NCBI GenBank assembly: GCA_040437565.1 | Contig: JBDOQK010000018.1 | Span: forward strand, 124,001-188,000 | DNA from: Albugo candida | Taxonomy: Eukaryota | DNA: 64,000 nucleotides | Reading direction: 5' to 3' | Shown: piece after piece, positions 50,350 to 63,401 of the stretch | Layout of the letters: every line of letters begins with the position of its first letter | Position numbering within the stretch: position 1 is the first letter of the stretch | Made by a program: the position numbers and the translations under genes | The notes under the pieces: model-generated | Told to the model about the DNA's origin: nothing | The model's database searches: none | The model's input: only the letters and a program-made list of their open reading frames with translations

Positions 50350-51695
50350 TGTGGCGAATCGTACGTGCAACTTTCACGCAACATCTACATCAACGCTGAG
50401 ATTATACCGAGTCTGCGTGCATGAGGCAGCTAAACTCAATTTCAACATAATGATTATAGCGTTGTGTATAATGATGCAAGCGAAATGTATTAAAAGTGAA
50501 CAATAAATTATAAGACATTGCATGAATGAAGCAATATCAGATTTAAACCTGACAAAAAATGCGGTTTGAATGGTCTACAAACAGACAAAACGGCTTTGTT
50601 TCCGTTAGTCATCATAATCACGTTGTGAACAAATCCGTATCCGGAGTTGACGTTATCGTCATAGTACTGCTAGCCAAAATTCTTCCTACTCCGCGGTGGG
50701 TTAAAGCTGTGTTTTCAATATTGAGATATCACGCTCTTGTGGTAATAGCGATGATGGGGACAAATTATGTACATGAGCCACGGACGATCTATCAAGACAA
50801 CTCACTGATTTGCAACTCTCCTGTTTGCGTTTGAGCTACAGCTGCCTTGTTTGAATCGTACGCATTTCTTGCATTTCAGCAAAATGACTGAACATATTTT
50901 CCCATCAGATAGAAACGTGCCTGCTACCTGTGTACAATGTTTACACCTTTTCCAAACATTCCTAGATCAAGCCTTAAATTTTCACAATCATTGCACCTGT
51001 ATTCCAAAATGCTTTGGCACTTGACAGGTAGCTCCAATTGTCAATCGATAGGCACTCGAGACGGGCTATCAGCATGACACATCATACATAAGCTAGAAGA
51101 CGTCTTTCTGGTATCTTCTAGCTTCTGTTCTATACAATCCATGCACTCACCTTAGCTGTTAAATAGATATCGGCACACATCATATGTCTTTTTTGTCACT
51201 CGATGTTGATTGTCTACTCGCGTTCTATGCAATTATGAGCTGCAAGGCCTTTGAGTCGTACCAACATCTTCAAAGGGGGAGATACATGCTCTGACTGATA
51301 AGTCAGTTCATGAATTGTGTTCTCTACTCATTTAATCGATTCTGTGTTGAACTTTAGAAAATCTTGAAAAAGAACTACTGTAAAGCCACCGGAATCATCT
51401 GGATGATCTCTACACAAGCTACATCATAATTGTATCGAACGGCGCCCAATCTTCCTAGGTTCGGAGCCGGACGTAATGTCCCTTCCTATACATAACATAA
51501 CACACGGTCATATTCCGCATATTCTTCCAAGTAAATCGAGATCAAAACACCGCACTGTTTGACGACGGCTTACAGCATTATTGCTAGTAGTATGCTTTAA
51601 GCTCCAATATCTATTCTCTGACAATCAAAATCTTCTGTACTAATCAAGCCAAAAACTCGCAATTGCACGCTAACTGAGCTACAAATACCTCTGCG

Positions 51696-54110
51696 ATGTA
51701 CGCAAATACCCCAGGAAAGCTTACAGGGTACTCGAGAGACTTTACCGACAGTCCAAAATCGCCTGAATGGAGTGCGAAACAATCTTTTCGCGAATCAACA
51801 GCACATTGCAGCACGTGCAGCACAAAAATCTCTCGACTTAAACGCCGCTATCGATGTCGATCGTGCAATTGTGTCGCCTGTCACTCGTGCGCACCGAAAC
51901 TTTTCGCTTTGATGGATTCTGGAGAGTGCGTTGCTTGCAACGGACGAGTTCAAAATAAGGACAACCGATCCGTTTTGCAGCCATTTGACGAAAGTGAGTG
52001 CCAAAGTCGCTTGAGGCTCTTCGAGTCTGATGATAAAGATGAATGGTTCTCCGACGAAATGTATAGCCAGCAAAAAAATGTCTTCGTTCCGGACATTGCA
52101 CCAAATCAAGCGCGGATAGAAAGACCGATTACACCAAAAGCCACAGAAGCGGTCATTTCACGAAATACATTTAACGATACTGCCAGATCGATTATGCGTC
52201 AAGCGGTGCTGCGAGATGCTTCTCCGTTGCACACAAGGTCTACAAAAACGGAGAAAGGTGGCTTCCGACGCACTTTACGTCGAATATTTGGTTTTAACAC
52301 ATCAAAGCCCAAAAGTATCAACACAACGGTCAAGAGGCAAGATACGCAAGCGAAAGTTGAGAGTCCATCATCTTTGATAGCGCCCGTTGAGTCAAAAGTC
52401 GAAATAGTGCTAGCAGATCAGCATCTTCTTGACTCGGTTGATTCAGTTGACTCGGTTGAATCTGCTCCTGTGAAGCTACAACGTCGGGATACATTTGAGA
52501 ATCTTTTTGATTTCGACAGTCTTGATGTCACGATCTTTACTGAACAGCAAAAATCTTCTGCTTGGGATAAGATCTCACAAAGCACCGATCACCCTGAAGT
52601 ACTCACTCAATTCACTCAGCGTCGCTCTTCATTTGATGATTCTACCGCACCCTCGCTTCGTAACAAAGAGAACTCTGCACCCGGGGCTGAGCCTTACAAA
52701 ACTCTTTCAACCCGCTCCGACCCGATCGATCAGCTCTCTTTGGATATGGATATTTCATACACCCAGAGTGACGTTTCTAATGAAATATGTAAAGAAAGCC
52801 CTGAGCCTGAGTCTCAAGTGGAAGCTTCGCATAGACACGGAGTCGCTACTCCAAAGAATGCAGACGAAGATACGCAGCGACTTGCCGATAAAGTTTTAGC
52901 TCTGGAGAAAGAGTTGGCGCTTTTGAAGGAAATGGTACAGTCGGACATTCATCAAACCTCCTCAAAGTCTAAAACGACACGGTCCCACCATATTGAAAAT
53001 GAAGATTTCATAGAGACCGGAATACGGTCAACATCGTATGATGCGCTGTTTGAAGTAGAGAGCACAGAGACGTCGACCAAAGTTGAAAAACCAACGATTC
53101 AGGTGTACGATAGATCCAACAGTTTTTTAAATTACGAGGAAGGAAACGCGCAGAGGTCTCCGAAAGCAAAGGAATCAATAGTTCAGACAAAAAGGGACTC
53201 TAAAAGTGCGGGGCTGTTTGAGGATGAAGATTCGCAAAGTCTGACCGAAATAGAGGAACCAACGATCCAGGCGTACAATAGATCTTATAGTTCGGTAGCG
53301 TTCGAGGAAGAAAACACGCCGACCCTGACGCAAGCAGATGGCGCAAGGATGCAAAATGGAAGAAGTTCTATCAGCGTTACGCTTTTCGAAGAAGAGATAT
53401 TGGAGGATATACATCAAGAAGAAAAACCCAAGCTCTTGCCTTTTTCTGCTGATAATGACGACTCGGAGGGCCATTCAGAGGAAGAAATTGATTGGAGTCG
53501 CATTCGTCGAGCTCGTCAGCCGTTGGGAAATGGAAGCTTGAACGCTGACGGAATAAAATCATCGCAAGGGGCTTCGCTCAATGAGGCGACAGAATCTGCG
53601 ACGAAAGAAGAATTCTCAGTCTTTTCAGATGGCTTTGATCCCCTTGACCATCTTGATGACGATTTGCTGCTTCGAGTGCAAAGGCCCGCAAAGACTTTTA
53701 CACACTTGGTGCAAAAAGAATCGGTGGAGAAACCCCGCTTGAAAGTAGTAAGCTCGTCAAGATTGCAAGAATCTCTTCCAAGAGAGATCAAGACAAAAGC
53801 CGAAGACTCTGCCCAGTCGATTGATCTCATGGATAGTTCATTACAAATAGAGTATGACGAATCATGGAATCAAATGCTACAAGAAGAAAAAGAACGGAAG
53901 AAAAAATCGCAACTACGGCAATACCGGAAAAAGCAAAGTGGGCTTCACGCAACTTCCCGTTCCACGCGACGTCGACAAATCGCAAGCTTAAGTGATGATT
54001 CTCTTTCTGAGCCTTTGGCTATCCTTCCTCCAGTTTCTACAAAGTTGGAGTTGGGAAAGAAGAGCAAGGGAAATCGCAATTCCCGTCATCGTAATCAGAT
54101 TGATCGTTAG
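51696..54110 (+). CDS. Hypothetical protein with N-terminal degenerate FYVE-type zinc finger and long disordered region
   Basis: 804-aa ORF; W...CSTC..KISRLKRRYRCRSCNCVACHSC...CVAC; Ser/Glu-rich tail with a short coiled coil. Confidence 0.75.
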   Translation: MYANTPGKLTGYSRDFTDSPKSPEWSAKQSFRESTAHCSTCSTKISRLKRRYRCRSCNCVACHSCAPKLFALMDSGECVACNGRVQNKDNRSVLQPFDESECQSRLRLFESDDKDEWFSDEMYSQQKNVFVPDIAPNQARIERPITPKATEAVISRNTFNDTARSIMRQAVLRDASPLHTRSTKTEKGGFRRTLRRIFGFNTSKPKSINTTVKRQDTQAKVESPSSLIAPVESKVEIVLADQHLLDSVDSVDSVESAPVKLQRRDTFENLFDFDSLDVTIFTEQQKSSAWDKISQSTDHPEVLTQFTQRRSSFDDSTAPSLRNKENSAPGAEPYKTLSTRSDPIDQLSLDMDISYTQSDVSNEICKESPEPESQVEASHRHGVATPKNADEDTQRLADKVLALEKELALLKEMVQSDIHQTSSKSKTTRSHHIENEDFIETGIRSTSYDALFEVESTETSTKVEKPTIQVYDRSNSFLNYEEGNAQRSPKAKESIVQTKRDSKSAGLFEDEDSQSLTEIEEPTIQAYNRSYSSVAFEEENTPTLTQADGARMQNGRSSISVTLFEEEILEDIHQEEKPKLLPFSADNDDSEGHSEEEIDWSRIRRARQPLGNGSLNADGIKSSQGASLNEATESATKEEFSVFSDGFDPLDHLDDDLLLRVQRPAKTFTHLVQKESVEKPRLKVVSSSRLQESLPREIKTKAEDSAQSIDLMDSSLQIEYDESWNQMLQEEKERKKKSQLRQYRKKQSGLHATSRSTRRRQIASLSDDSLSEPLAILPPVSTKLELGKKSKGNRNSRHRNQIDR

Positions 54111-55699
54111 CGTCAATGAGTGCAAGTAGGACAGGAATGGCTCGTCTGTGTGCTCCATACAATCCCTTATGATGCACCGATGAAAACATTGTAGCTGCTT
54201 GAAAAATGGCATTATCACCCGAAGAGATTTGCGCTTGAGTGGCGACCTATTGTTGGAAGAATACATTGGCTCTCGGTCACCATCAAATCGTCAAGTACAT
54301 CGCTCAATTCGTTCTCTCATCCTACGTCATCATCAAGTTGTAATGTCCATTTACGTATCGTATATCGTGGCGTGCCTTACACAAGCATCTCTGGTGCATA
54401 GAAAATGCTGTTTCAGTGATCATTATGTATCGATCTTCTCGCTTCCACAAAAACATTGACTTTGCAAAATACGTGAAATTGACGACAAGCGTACAACCAT
54501 GCTGAGGAAGACTCCAATATTTCCCGGTAGATTTATGTCCAAAATTGAGACTTCCACCATCACGAAGTTCAAACACGAGTGATATGAGTACAATGCCCGG
54601 ATGACAGAAAAAAATCGGCCATTTGTTGCTATTTCCCTCGAAGGTCGTCGTCAGTTTTTTTTGTCAGAAAGGTACACTTTGATGCACTGGCCACTATTCT
54701 GCAACATTCTGGTTGGAATAATCGAGCACCGGCGTCATTCAGGTTATCATTAGCTGTTGTCGGCATTAGTGCTGCATTAGTTTCGCCCAACTCCTTGCAT
54801 GACGACCGCTATGGCGCCTGCAGCGATGAATTCTGTTTGAGCGTGAAAAATCGGTCGCATCTTTACGGTGCTTTTGGACCATTTGTGGACTTTGTAGATG
54901 AAATTTGCGTGCAACGATCTGTGATGTATTCGTATTCCGAGACGTTTTGCATCCACGTGACAATGATACGGGCCACAGAAAAAATCTTCAAAATCAGTAT
55001 TTGGAAGATGGAATGATTGAACGATCGTTGGAATGATATATGACATCCAGGTTCAAAGAAGCCACGCCAATCATTCGCAGCTGATACAAAAAGCGCAACA
55101 TGAATGCAATCATATAAAACGCGGCTTTATGCGACTCACCTCTATGCGGTATGGGAGTTATGCATTGCTTCATTCTGGATAATGGACAGGCAACAAATGC
55201 AAGGAGCGACATCATAGCAGAACGAAGGGTAGATGAGCTGAAGTCACAATGCTAGCGGTACAGATTAACTGGTTCAAGTGTGGTAGAATTGTGCTGTAGA
55301 CGAATTACGTGCAATGTGGAAATACTATCAAATTGATTGTTTGCGTGCTGTATCTATCCAACTACAGGCNNNNNNNNNNNNNNNNNNNNNNNNNNNNNNN
55401 NNNNNNNNNNNNNNNNNNNNNNNNNNNNNNNNNNNNNNNNNNNNNNNNNNNNNNNNNNNNNNNNNNNNNAGGGTAGATGAGCTGAAGTCACAATGCTAGC
55501 GGTACAGATTAACTGGTTCAAGTGTGGTAGAATTGTGCTGTAGACGAATTACGTGCAATGTGGAAATACTATCAAATTGATTGTTTGCGTGCTGTATCTA
55601 TCCAACTACAGGCTACGCCACGGAGCAATTTGATGAAAATCATTGGGTAGTAGTGCTTCCACCAAGCTATTCTTCATCTCTAGAGCATAATTATGTTAG

Positions 55700-56059
55700 T
55701 TAAATCACGCAAAGAATTGGTTGCTGACCTTTTCTGCCGACTTGTTTTGTCTTCTGAACAATGAGTGCTAAAAGTATACATATACCAATAGGCCCCAAAA
55801 GAAAAATCGCAAGATGGTGAACCGGACGCGCTTGTAAAGAAGACACAAACATTGTGTGTGCAGAATCGTTTGTATGGACACGAGATTCCAGAAAGCTCAT
55901 TGAGTCATTTTTGCAGCCGATTGATACGACACGATTGCAAGGTGGAGGCGTATGAACTGGATTCTCCTCATATCGCTGATTCCTCAGGGCTCTATCTGAC
56001 TGCGTCAGGACAAGACAAGAGCACAAAAAGAAAGTGAGTAAAGAGGTGTCCCTTTGCAT
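55700..56059 (-). CDS. Small secreted/membrane protein, RxLR-effector candidate
   Basis: Signal peptide MQRDTSLLTFFLCSCLVLTQS, then DRALRNQRYEEN, and a C-terminal TM helix LAIFLLGPIGICILLALIV. Confidence 0.6.
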   Translation of the reverse strand: MQRDTSLLTFFLCSCLVLTQSDRALRNQRYEENPVHTPPPCNRVVSIGCKNDSMSFLESRVHTNDSAHTMFVSSLQARPVHHLAIFLLGPIGICILLALIVQKTKQVGRKGQQPILCVI

Positions 56060-59000
56060 TTATCATCAGCTGTGGTGAATGATCGAAATGCAAAAATGTA
56101 ACTGTCCGAAAGGTACGCTAACATTGTTGTAGCACTTTGTCAGCTTGTGTGCATACCGTAGCCACGAAGCATGATGTAAGGCTACGAGTGTCTGCAATGA
56201 TCCGATTGTTGGTTCATAACACTGGTCAGCACATTGAGCATCTCTTCTTCGCGTCAATCATGTTTGATCTTTGGTGAAAGGGTCGCGCATCTCTGATCTT
56301 GCATCTATAATGCAGACCATCGCCGTTTCTTGCTATACAGTGTTGTGTATGGTCTCATCCTGATGTGCTGCTGGCACTTATACAGTCTTCTTCTCCATCG
56401 ATATCAGCGCGAATGATAAGCTGGCCGAGTATGCGCCAAGTGAAATCGCATCGGCCGTTCGAACCGGAAGCACGTCATAAACAATAATTGGTTATGCGTT
56501 TTCTCGTGTTTAGATTGCTACAGTACACGTAAAAGGAGTCACGACATAGACTGATCCTCTCGAAAGATCCGTAGTGTCACCAATCCCATTATCATTCTGC
56601 ACAGACGTAGATAAGTAAACATCAGCTATGATTGACCGTTGACAGTCACTCAGGGTGCTAATCGAAAGGATGCAGCACTTCCCTGAGATGTATTTGAAAC
56701 ACATTTAGGAACTCAAGCATATAGTGAAGAGCTGCATGCGAGTATATTCCATTCCTGATGATCGAAACTGTGTTCAGGAATGCTAGCTTTCGATAAAGAC
56801 AAAAGGAAATGCGCTAATAGCACATAAACAATTTAGAGAAACATACATATTGCCGCTTTAAAACAGCACATTGGGTATCAGTATTGCGTGCCAAAATACT
56901 GAAAACACAGCACTCGCGTGCAAAAATTGAGAAACGCTAGCCAGTTGAAGGCTTTTACGGATTTAGCAACTGCGGAAGTGGCGAAGGCGCCTTAGATTGT
57001 AAAAGGGGTCCAGGGAACAAGTCAAGCACGGAAAGTCAATATGTTAAACCTTGTCGACCCAATGTGTGCAGATAATCAATATCCATCTCAAGAATGTACA
57101 CAAGACTCTTTCCGAGAAAAAGTGTTGCAAGTTGTTCGATAGGAGAAAACGGTATTTCCATATTGAAAGGAATCATGCACCTCCATGAGGTCAGCAGTAG
57201 CTACGTTTTGTGAATCCTAGTCCATCTCACTAACCACTTATTGGCAGAAACATCGAAGCACCCATCCTAGTGAACATCGGTCTTTGTCCCCATTCAAAGT
57301 GCGGCAAATTATCAAATAGGAACGTGGTCATTGATGGGAGCCGTTAGGTGCCACCTTTACTCACCAATCACTAAAATTCGACATTGTAAGCATGGGAATA
57401 AAGCTCACATGAGCTTTCCGTAAGAACTTTACGGTTCAGATTTATTGCTTAGACTTCGTCGCTACGCCGTCATAAATACATGTAGTCTGTCCCAGTAATT
57501 TTAGCTCTGCATCCGATGTCTGGTGAGCCTCCATTGCTCGATCCAATCTGCCCTCACCTCCCTGACCACAATATCTGCGATGAAGATACCAACCATTGAA
57601 TCTTGTGAAGTTGGAAATTTCTGGGTTAAAGGTACAACTTCTAGTTTATACGAGATCCTGAATGAGTTTACGTTATTGGCGCACTAACGCACGGGTCAAA
57701 TCGCCATGACCGGTTGGGCAGATGGCACACTGTACTTATCGTAAGTGGGCTGATCGGGCGTAATTCTGTATGTGTTGCTATAAGCTGTGGTACTAATAAT
57801 GTATTGATGATGAAAACTCTATGCATATCATATAGTCGCTCATAGATGAAGCGGGCTGTGAGCTTCATGTTTTTTGAATACAGTGAAAGTAAGAAGCTCA
57901 AAGGAGCGCATATTGAAGTATAGCAGGAAGTTAGTCAGGTAACATAAATCTAAAAACTATAAGGATAGAAGAAGCTAAAGTGTAGATCGTAGCTCCGGCG
58001 ACTTCCAAACGAGCGATTTCATACGCTTTTGTACAGTAACATACCCCGATAGAAATGCTTTATAAATCACTAGACTCTCTCCATAGGAACCCCTTATGCG
58101 GGAGCTCATGGCTCAATTGTCCGCAAAAATAATGTGGGGAGACATCCATTCCATTGAAACTGCTAAGTGAAATCGAAAGCATACCAGCTCGCTGCGCCTA
58201 GGTGCTTCCGTACGTGTTGTGCTGGTGTGCTACGATCCGACTGATAGATTCTATAAAGGCTTTTCCAATCTGACGCGGTCCTGAGTGAGTTGACGAGGCA
58301 ACCGACATCTTCACACAGGTTTCAATTTACGGATTGAACGATTGACGCCACCGTTAGAAGATAATATTTGATTCTCTATCACAAACATTTCGAATTGGCG
58401 GCGTCAAATGACATCAGGCGTGGCGATGCGCTATCGGAGCGCTAGCATTTAGGTGCTCACGTATAGTAGCATAGTAATCCATTAAAGTCTTTACTGCCTA
58501 ATTTATCTGCAAGCGAAAGTGCTTGATGACAAACATTTCTATCTTAAAATGTGGGATAATGAGGTTCATGTGATCCGTCAAAATCTCCTGAAGTTAGCAA
58601 AAGAACGAGAGATAACGCATCATTGGCGACGTCACATATAGTGATAACAAGAAAAGAACTGATGCTGATGTCATCCACACCTTCAAGTATGGTTTGCGAG
58701 TTGAGGCTCCAATATTATCGTAAGCCTTTACAGAGTGTGATCTAAGCCGTCCTGGATTTCTAATATTGTGGGCTTTTCTTACTCGGTCATGAATGAAACC
58801 AATGGCATTGGGCTCAAGCTTGATTTTGTTGCCCTCACAAAAATGCGTGACCAGGATTACATACAAAATGTAATTCGAAAGAATGTAAACGTAATGCTAG
58901 CACGACCTCTTACTCTCTTAAAAGTACGCAGTTGACTCTTTCTGCAAGATGGAAGATTTGGTGTGACTGCTTATGCAGCATATCGAGTCACTAAAATTTT

Positions 59001-59181
59001 TCCAGANNNNNNNNNNNNNNNNNNNNNNNNNNNNNNNNNNNNNNNNNNNNNNNNNNNNNNNNNNNNNNNNNNNNNNNNNNNNNNNNNNNNNNNNNNNNNN
59101 NNNNNNGCCATCCGTTTGTCTAATACTTAGGTTTTTTATCTCTTCTATCGCGCTCCAGAAGTCGACTCGTGATTTACAACA

Positions 59182-59802
59182 ATGGGAGCTTATAAATACT
59201 TGGAAGAGTTATGGAAACGAAAGCAGTCAGACGTATTGCGCTTTTTGATTCGTGTACGCGCATGGGAATACCGTCAGCAACCTGTCATCTATCGTGCACC
59301 ACGTCCTACACGTATCGACAAGGCTCGTCGTCTAGGTTATAAAGCAAAGCAAGGCTACGTGATTGTACGTGCCGCAGTTCGTCGTGGTGGACGTAAGCGC
59401 CCCAACTCCAAGGGTATCGTATACGGTAAACCCAAGCATCACGGTATCAATCAATTGAAATTTGCCCGAAACTTGAGATCAGTTGCCGAAGAACGTGCTG
59501 GAGCTCGATTCACAAACTTGCGAGTTCTAAACTCGTACTGGATCAATCAAGATGCCACCTACAAGTACTATGAGGTAATCATGGTCGATCATTCACATAA
59601 AGTCATCCGCCAGGACCCTCGTATCAGCTGGATTGTAAACCCTACGCATAAACGCAGAGAAAAGCGTGGCCTTACTTCTGCTGGACGCCAGGGTCGTGGT
59701 TTGCGCAAGCGTGGGCACCGAGCCAACAAAATCCAAGGTGGATCAAGTCGTCACAACTGGAAGCGTCGCAATACTCTATCGCTGCGTCGATACAGATCTT
59801 AG
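59182..59802 (+). CDS. RPL15: 60S ribosomal protein L15 (eL15)
   Basis: [29 protein letters not shown]...RVLNSYW...RGLTSAG. Confidence 0.98.
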   Translation: MGAYKYLEELWKRKQSDVLRFLIRVRAWEYRQQPVIYRAPRPTRIDKARRLGYKAKQGYVIVRAAVRRGGRKRPNSKGIVYGKPKHHGINQLKFARNLRSVAEERAGARFTNLRVLNSYWINQDATYKYYEVIMVDHSHKVIRQDPRISWIVNPTHKRREKRGLTSAGRQGRGLRKRGHRANKIQGGSSRHNWKRRNTLSLRRYRS

Positions 59803-59971
59803 GCTTCTTCTGTACTTTCCAAGTGCTATTTTGCAGTTCCTTCGAGCTTCCCATACTTTGATCGAACTTTGTTGTGAATACAGAATTACGATCTAGTGAT
59901 TGTTAGGTTTCTTACGTTCTTGACACCCTATGAAAAAGTTGTTTTGACTGTCTAGACCATTCAAAAGTACG

Positions 59972-61084
59972 ATGCCGGCAATGCATTGCTGCCAACTCGT
60001 GAGTTATCATGAGGAGCTGGTACGCGCGCTATTAACGACGGACAGTAGACATACATCACGTAGCTTAATCATATAGAATCCTAGCTATCGTAAGACAATG
60101 GAAGATCGAATCAAGATCATTGACGGCTTCATGGGGAATAGTAAGCAAGGTTTCTTTGCCGTTTACGACGGCCACGGCGGTTTGATGACTATCCAGCATT
60201 GCATTATTCGTTATCGCTACATTTACGCGCGTATGCAGGAATGGAGGTAGCGACGTTTCTGCAGCAAGTTTTGCATCAAGAAATCGCAAAGCAGATTTCG
60301 GTCGAAGAGAGTGATTGCACAATTGAAAAAAAGCTACAAAGGTGCGTTGAAGCTATAGAGAGATATGTGATTATCGTATGATTTATTGTAGGGCGTACGC
60401 AGTGACCGATGTCATGTGTTGCAAATCAGTTGCAGGCTTTGCTGGCTCCACAGCAATAACGGTCCTATTGCTTGAGAATGAAAAGCACCAGAGAGTTCTG
60501 TATACGTCTAATGTTGGAGATAGGTACAATAGTGAATCACTATCCAACCTCTTCTAATCTATCATATTCCAGTCGTGCAGTGCTATGCCATCGAGGAAAT
60601 GCCTGCCGTTTATCAGTGGATCATCTTGCAATACAGCCAGAAGAAGTAGACCGGATTATCAAATGTGGAGGATTTGTGATGCATGATCGTGTTCTTGGCG
60701 TTTTGGCTGTCTCCAGGTAATTACAGCATACCCACACGGAGCCAATGCACTTAGCACGTTACACAAGGAGCTTTGGCGATCGCGCATTCAAAAACTATGT
60801 GATTGCCCAACCAAGCACAAATGTGAAAATGTACGACACAAGAATTGATAATGCATTGCCACTTTGTTGATTTGATGGCTCGTAGAATTGAACCAGTCCT
60901 AGATTTCCCTTTTCTCGTTATTGGGTGTGATGGACTATGGAACGAGTTTGAAGATCAGGAAATTATTGATTTCGTATCAAGTATTGAGCATTCGAAACGA
61001 GAGAATGCCGCTAAATTGCTGACAGGCTTGGTATTGGAAAAGAATGGTGATGATAATGTCACCGCTGTCGTTATATATATATAG
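59972..61084 (+). CDS. Protein phosphatase 2C (PPM family)
   Basis: Spliced exons give [46 protein letters not shown] and DNVT. Confidence 0.9.
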
Positions 61085-61187
61085 GTTGAGTGGGACGATA
61101 TGGCCTACGTATCTAGCAGCCATTGCACTAGGTATAAAGAAGGGAGTATGTGAATGCAAAAAAAATCTTTGTGAAATGCTATTACGG

Positions 61188-61676
61188 CTATGAACACTGC
61201 TCATGAACACCTGATTCCTGTTTGGGTGGACTTGGTGATTGTTCGGTACTTGGAGGGTGTGGTTGTGGTTGTTCTGGTGTGTAGGCGTCATGACCTACCT
61301 CATGTGGAGTAGATGTAGATGTAGGTGGAGGAGTTGTAGATGTAGGCGTAGGTGTGGGTGGAGGAGGTGGAGGAGATGTAGAGGTAGGTGAAGGAGGCGT
61401 TGGTGCGGGTGGAGGAGGTGGAGGAGGTGGAGGTGGTGAATGCTCCTTTTCATCCTCCTCCTTATAATTTTCATCCTCACCCTCTTTCTCTTTCTCTTTC
61501 TTGGAATCATTATCATCATCGTCATCATTCTGTTTTGATAGGTCGATATCCTTCTCAGTGAGATCAATCCCATTAAGGCGCCGAATGTACTGAGGTTGTT
61601 TTCCGGCAAAGTTCCCATTACATAGTATAAATGATAAGATGAGAGATAGCATCGTCTGAAGAACGATGGAATTCAT
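61188..61676 (-). CDS. Secreted acidic, proline-rich (extensin-like) protein
   Basis: Signal peptide MNSIVLQTMLSLILSFILCNG, IRRL, a D/E/K-rich tract, then SPPPPPPPPPP and SPPPPPP with TP repeats. Confidence 0.75.
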   Translation of the reverse strand: MNSIVLQTMLSLILSFILCNGNFAGKQPQYIRRLNGIDLTEKDIDLSKQNDDDDDNDSKKEKEKEGEDENYKEEDEKEHSPPPPPPPPPPAPTPPSPTSTSPPPPPPTPTPTSTTPPPTSTSTPHEVGHDAYTPEQPQPHPPSTEQSPSPPKQESGVHEQCS

Positions 61677-62082
61677 TTCCAAACTCGAAAGTGAAAAAGG
61701 ATCACTACAATGAATAGTAGCAGTTTTCACGTCTCAAAATGAAGCTAATCCAAGCTGTTGCTGATGGAGAGCAATTGTAAAGTGAGTAGTGTTGGTATAC
61801 TGAAGTCGATCCGTGTCGATATGGCCTTTACGGGGTATGACTCATCAGTCGTTCGGAGAAGGAGACAACGCATACAAAGGTTGACGCTTTCCCGATTGAC
61901 GTGTTACAGGTGGTGTAGCACGTCATTTATTCTTCAGGTGAGTTGTATTATAGAATATAAGCGCGATCATCATTCAGTATACGTTATATAAAGGGTATAG
62001 ATATTTCTGTCGAGTAAGGTGGTAGCCTACTTCCTCACCAAATGTGAATACCGGTGCATCACTGGTATACCAAGTCGTTTGA

Positions 62083-62615
62083 ATGCCGGAAGTGAAAGGA
62101 TTTGGGGACTATTTGACCAAAGAGGAGCATCGAGGTCACATGTCAAGAAGCCCAAGAGGTTACCTGTCATCGACGAGGAACTATAACACATTTGATGAAG
62201 ATCCTGTAAGCATACTGAAATATTCGGCCTGATCACATGCTCTTTGATACTCATTCTTAGAATGTGAAAAGAATGCTTCATACCAGTCTTCAAATCGAAC
62301 AAAGCATTAAATCCATGTCTGAATCGGAGATTATAGCAAAGAACGCGTTAGTAGAGTTAGAATTACAACGTGCGCAATTGCAAGATATGCGAGGTATGGT
62401 AACCGAGACATCAACTCTGACATCTCAGACAAGAGCCTTACTACACACAATCGCCGAGCGAACATATCGAAGAAAGGTGCATACTTACTGACGCATACTT
62501 TACGTGTCGTTCTATCTCCTGTTACATCTTGTATTGTAAGGTTTTTCTGTGGATGGTGATCGTAATTCTGATTATAGCGGACTTGCTTATATTTTATTTG
62601 ATATACGTACGCTGA
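62083..62615 (+). CDS. Short Vti1/Qb-like SNARE lacking the N-terminal helical domain
   Basis: Exons MPEVKG...DEDP | NVKRML..ESEIIAKNALVELELQRAQL..RRK | VFLWMVIVILIIADLLIFYLIYVR*: SNARE motif plus TM anchor. Confidence 0.7.
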
Positions 62616-63401
62616 AAAGGGAATGTAGATGTCAATATTTTCAGTCGCATGTGTTATATGACATTTTACCTACGATACCGGTATAGGCAGCTAAGCTACC
62701 CGCATTAGCTGATGGGCGAGCTGTCTATCTTTCATCATCAGACTCAGACGAAAAAGCCGGTCCTTTTCTAAACTTACACGCATTCTCCATCTGAACCCTT
62801 TTTTGGCATCGAGTCGTACTTTGAAAATCGCGCTCTTTACCACATCACCTCCAATAACGCTACATAAGCCAGTCAGTTTATTGCTTCCAGAAAGATGACA
62901 GAACTATTTCTGAGTTACCGGGACGAATTTGAACAGTATCGGGATGATGCTTTAGAGCAGATCAANNNNNNNNNNNNNNNNNNNNNNNNNNNNNNNNNNN
63001 NNNNNNNNNNNNNNNNNNNNNNNNNNNNNNNNNNNNNNNNNNNNNNNNNNNNNNNNNNNNNNNNNATCGTAATTCTGATTATAGCGGACTTGCTTATATT
63101 TTATTTGATATACGTACGCTGAAAAGGGAATGTAGATGTCAATATTTTCAGTCGCATGTGTTATATGACATTTTACCTACGATACCGGTATAGGCAGCTA
63201 AGCTACCCGCATTAGCTGATGGGCGAGCTGTCTATCTTTCATCATCAGACTCAGACGAAAAAGCCGGTCCTTTTCTAAACTTACACGCATTCTCCATCTG
63301 AACCCTTTTTTGGCATCGAGTCGTACTTTGAAAATCGCGCTCTTTACCACATCACCTCCAATAACGCTACATAAGCCAGTCAGTTTATTGCTTCCAGAAA
63401 G

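Noticed and set aside
51091-51123. 10-bp inverted repeat AGCTAGAAGA...TCTTCTAGCT
   Set aside because: Short and isolated, with no associated feature; compatible with chance.
56422-56470. tRNA-like A box (TGGCCGAGT) and B box (GTTCGAACC) with a stem-loop
   Set aside because: Box spacing is too short, the T-stem has only 3 bp and there is no acceptor stem. It is not a tRNA, and a SINE remnant cannot be supported.
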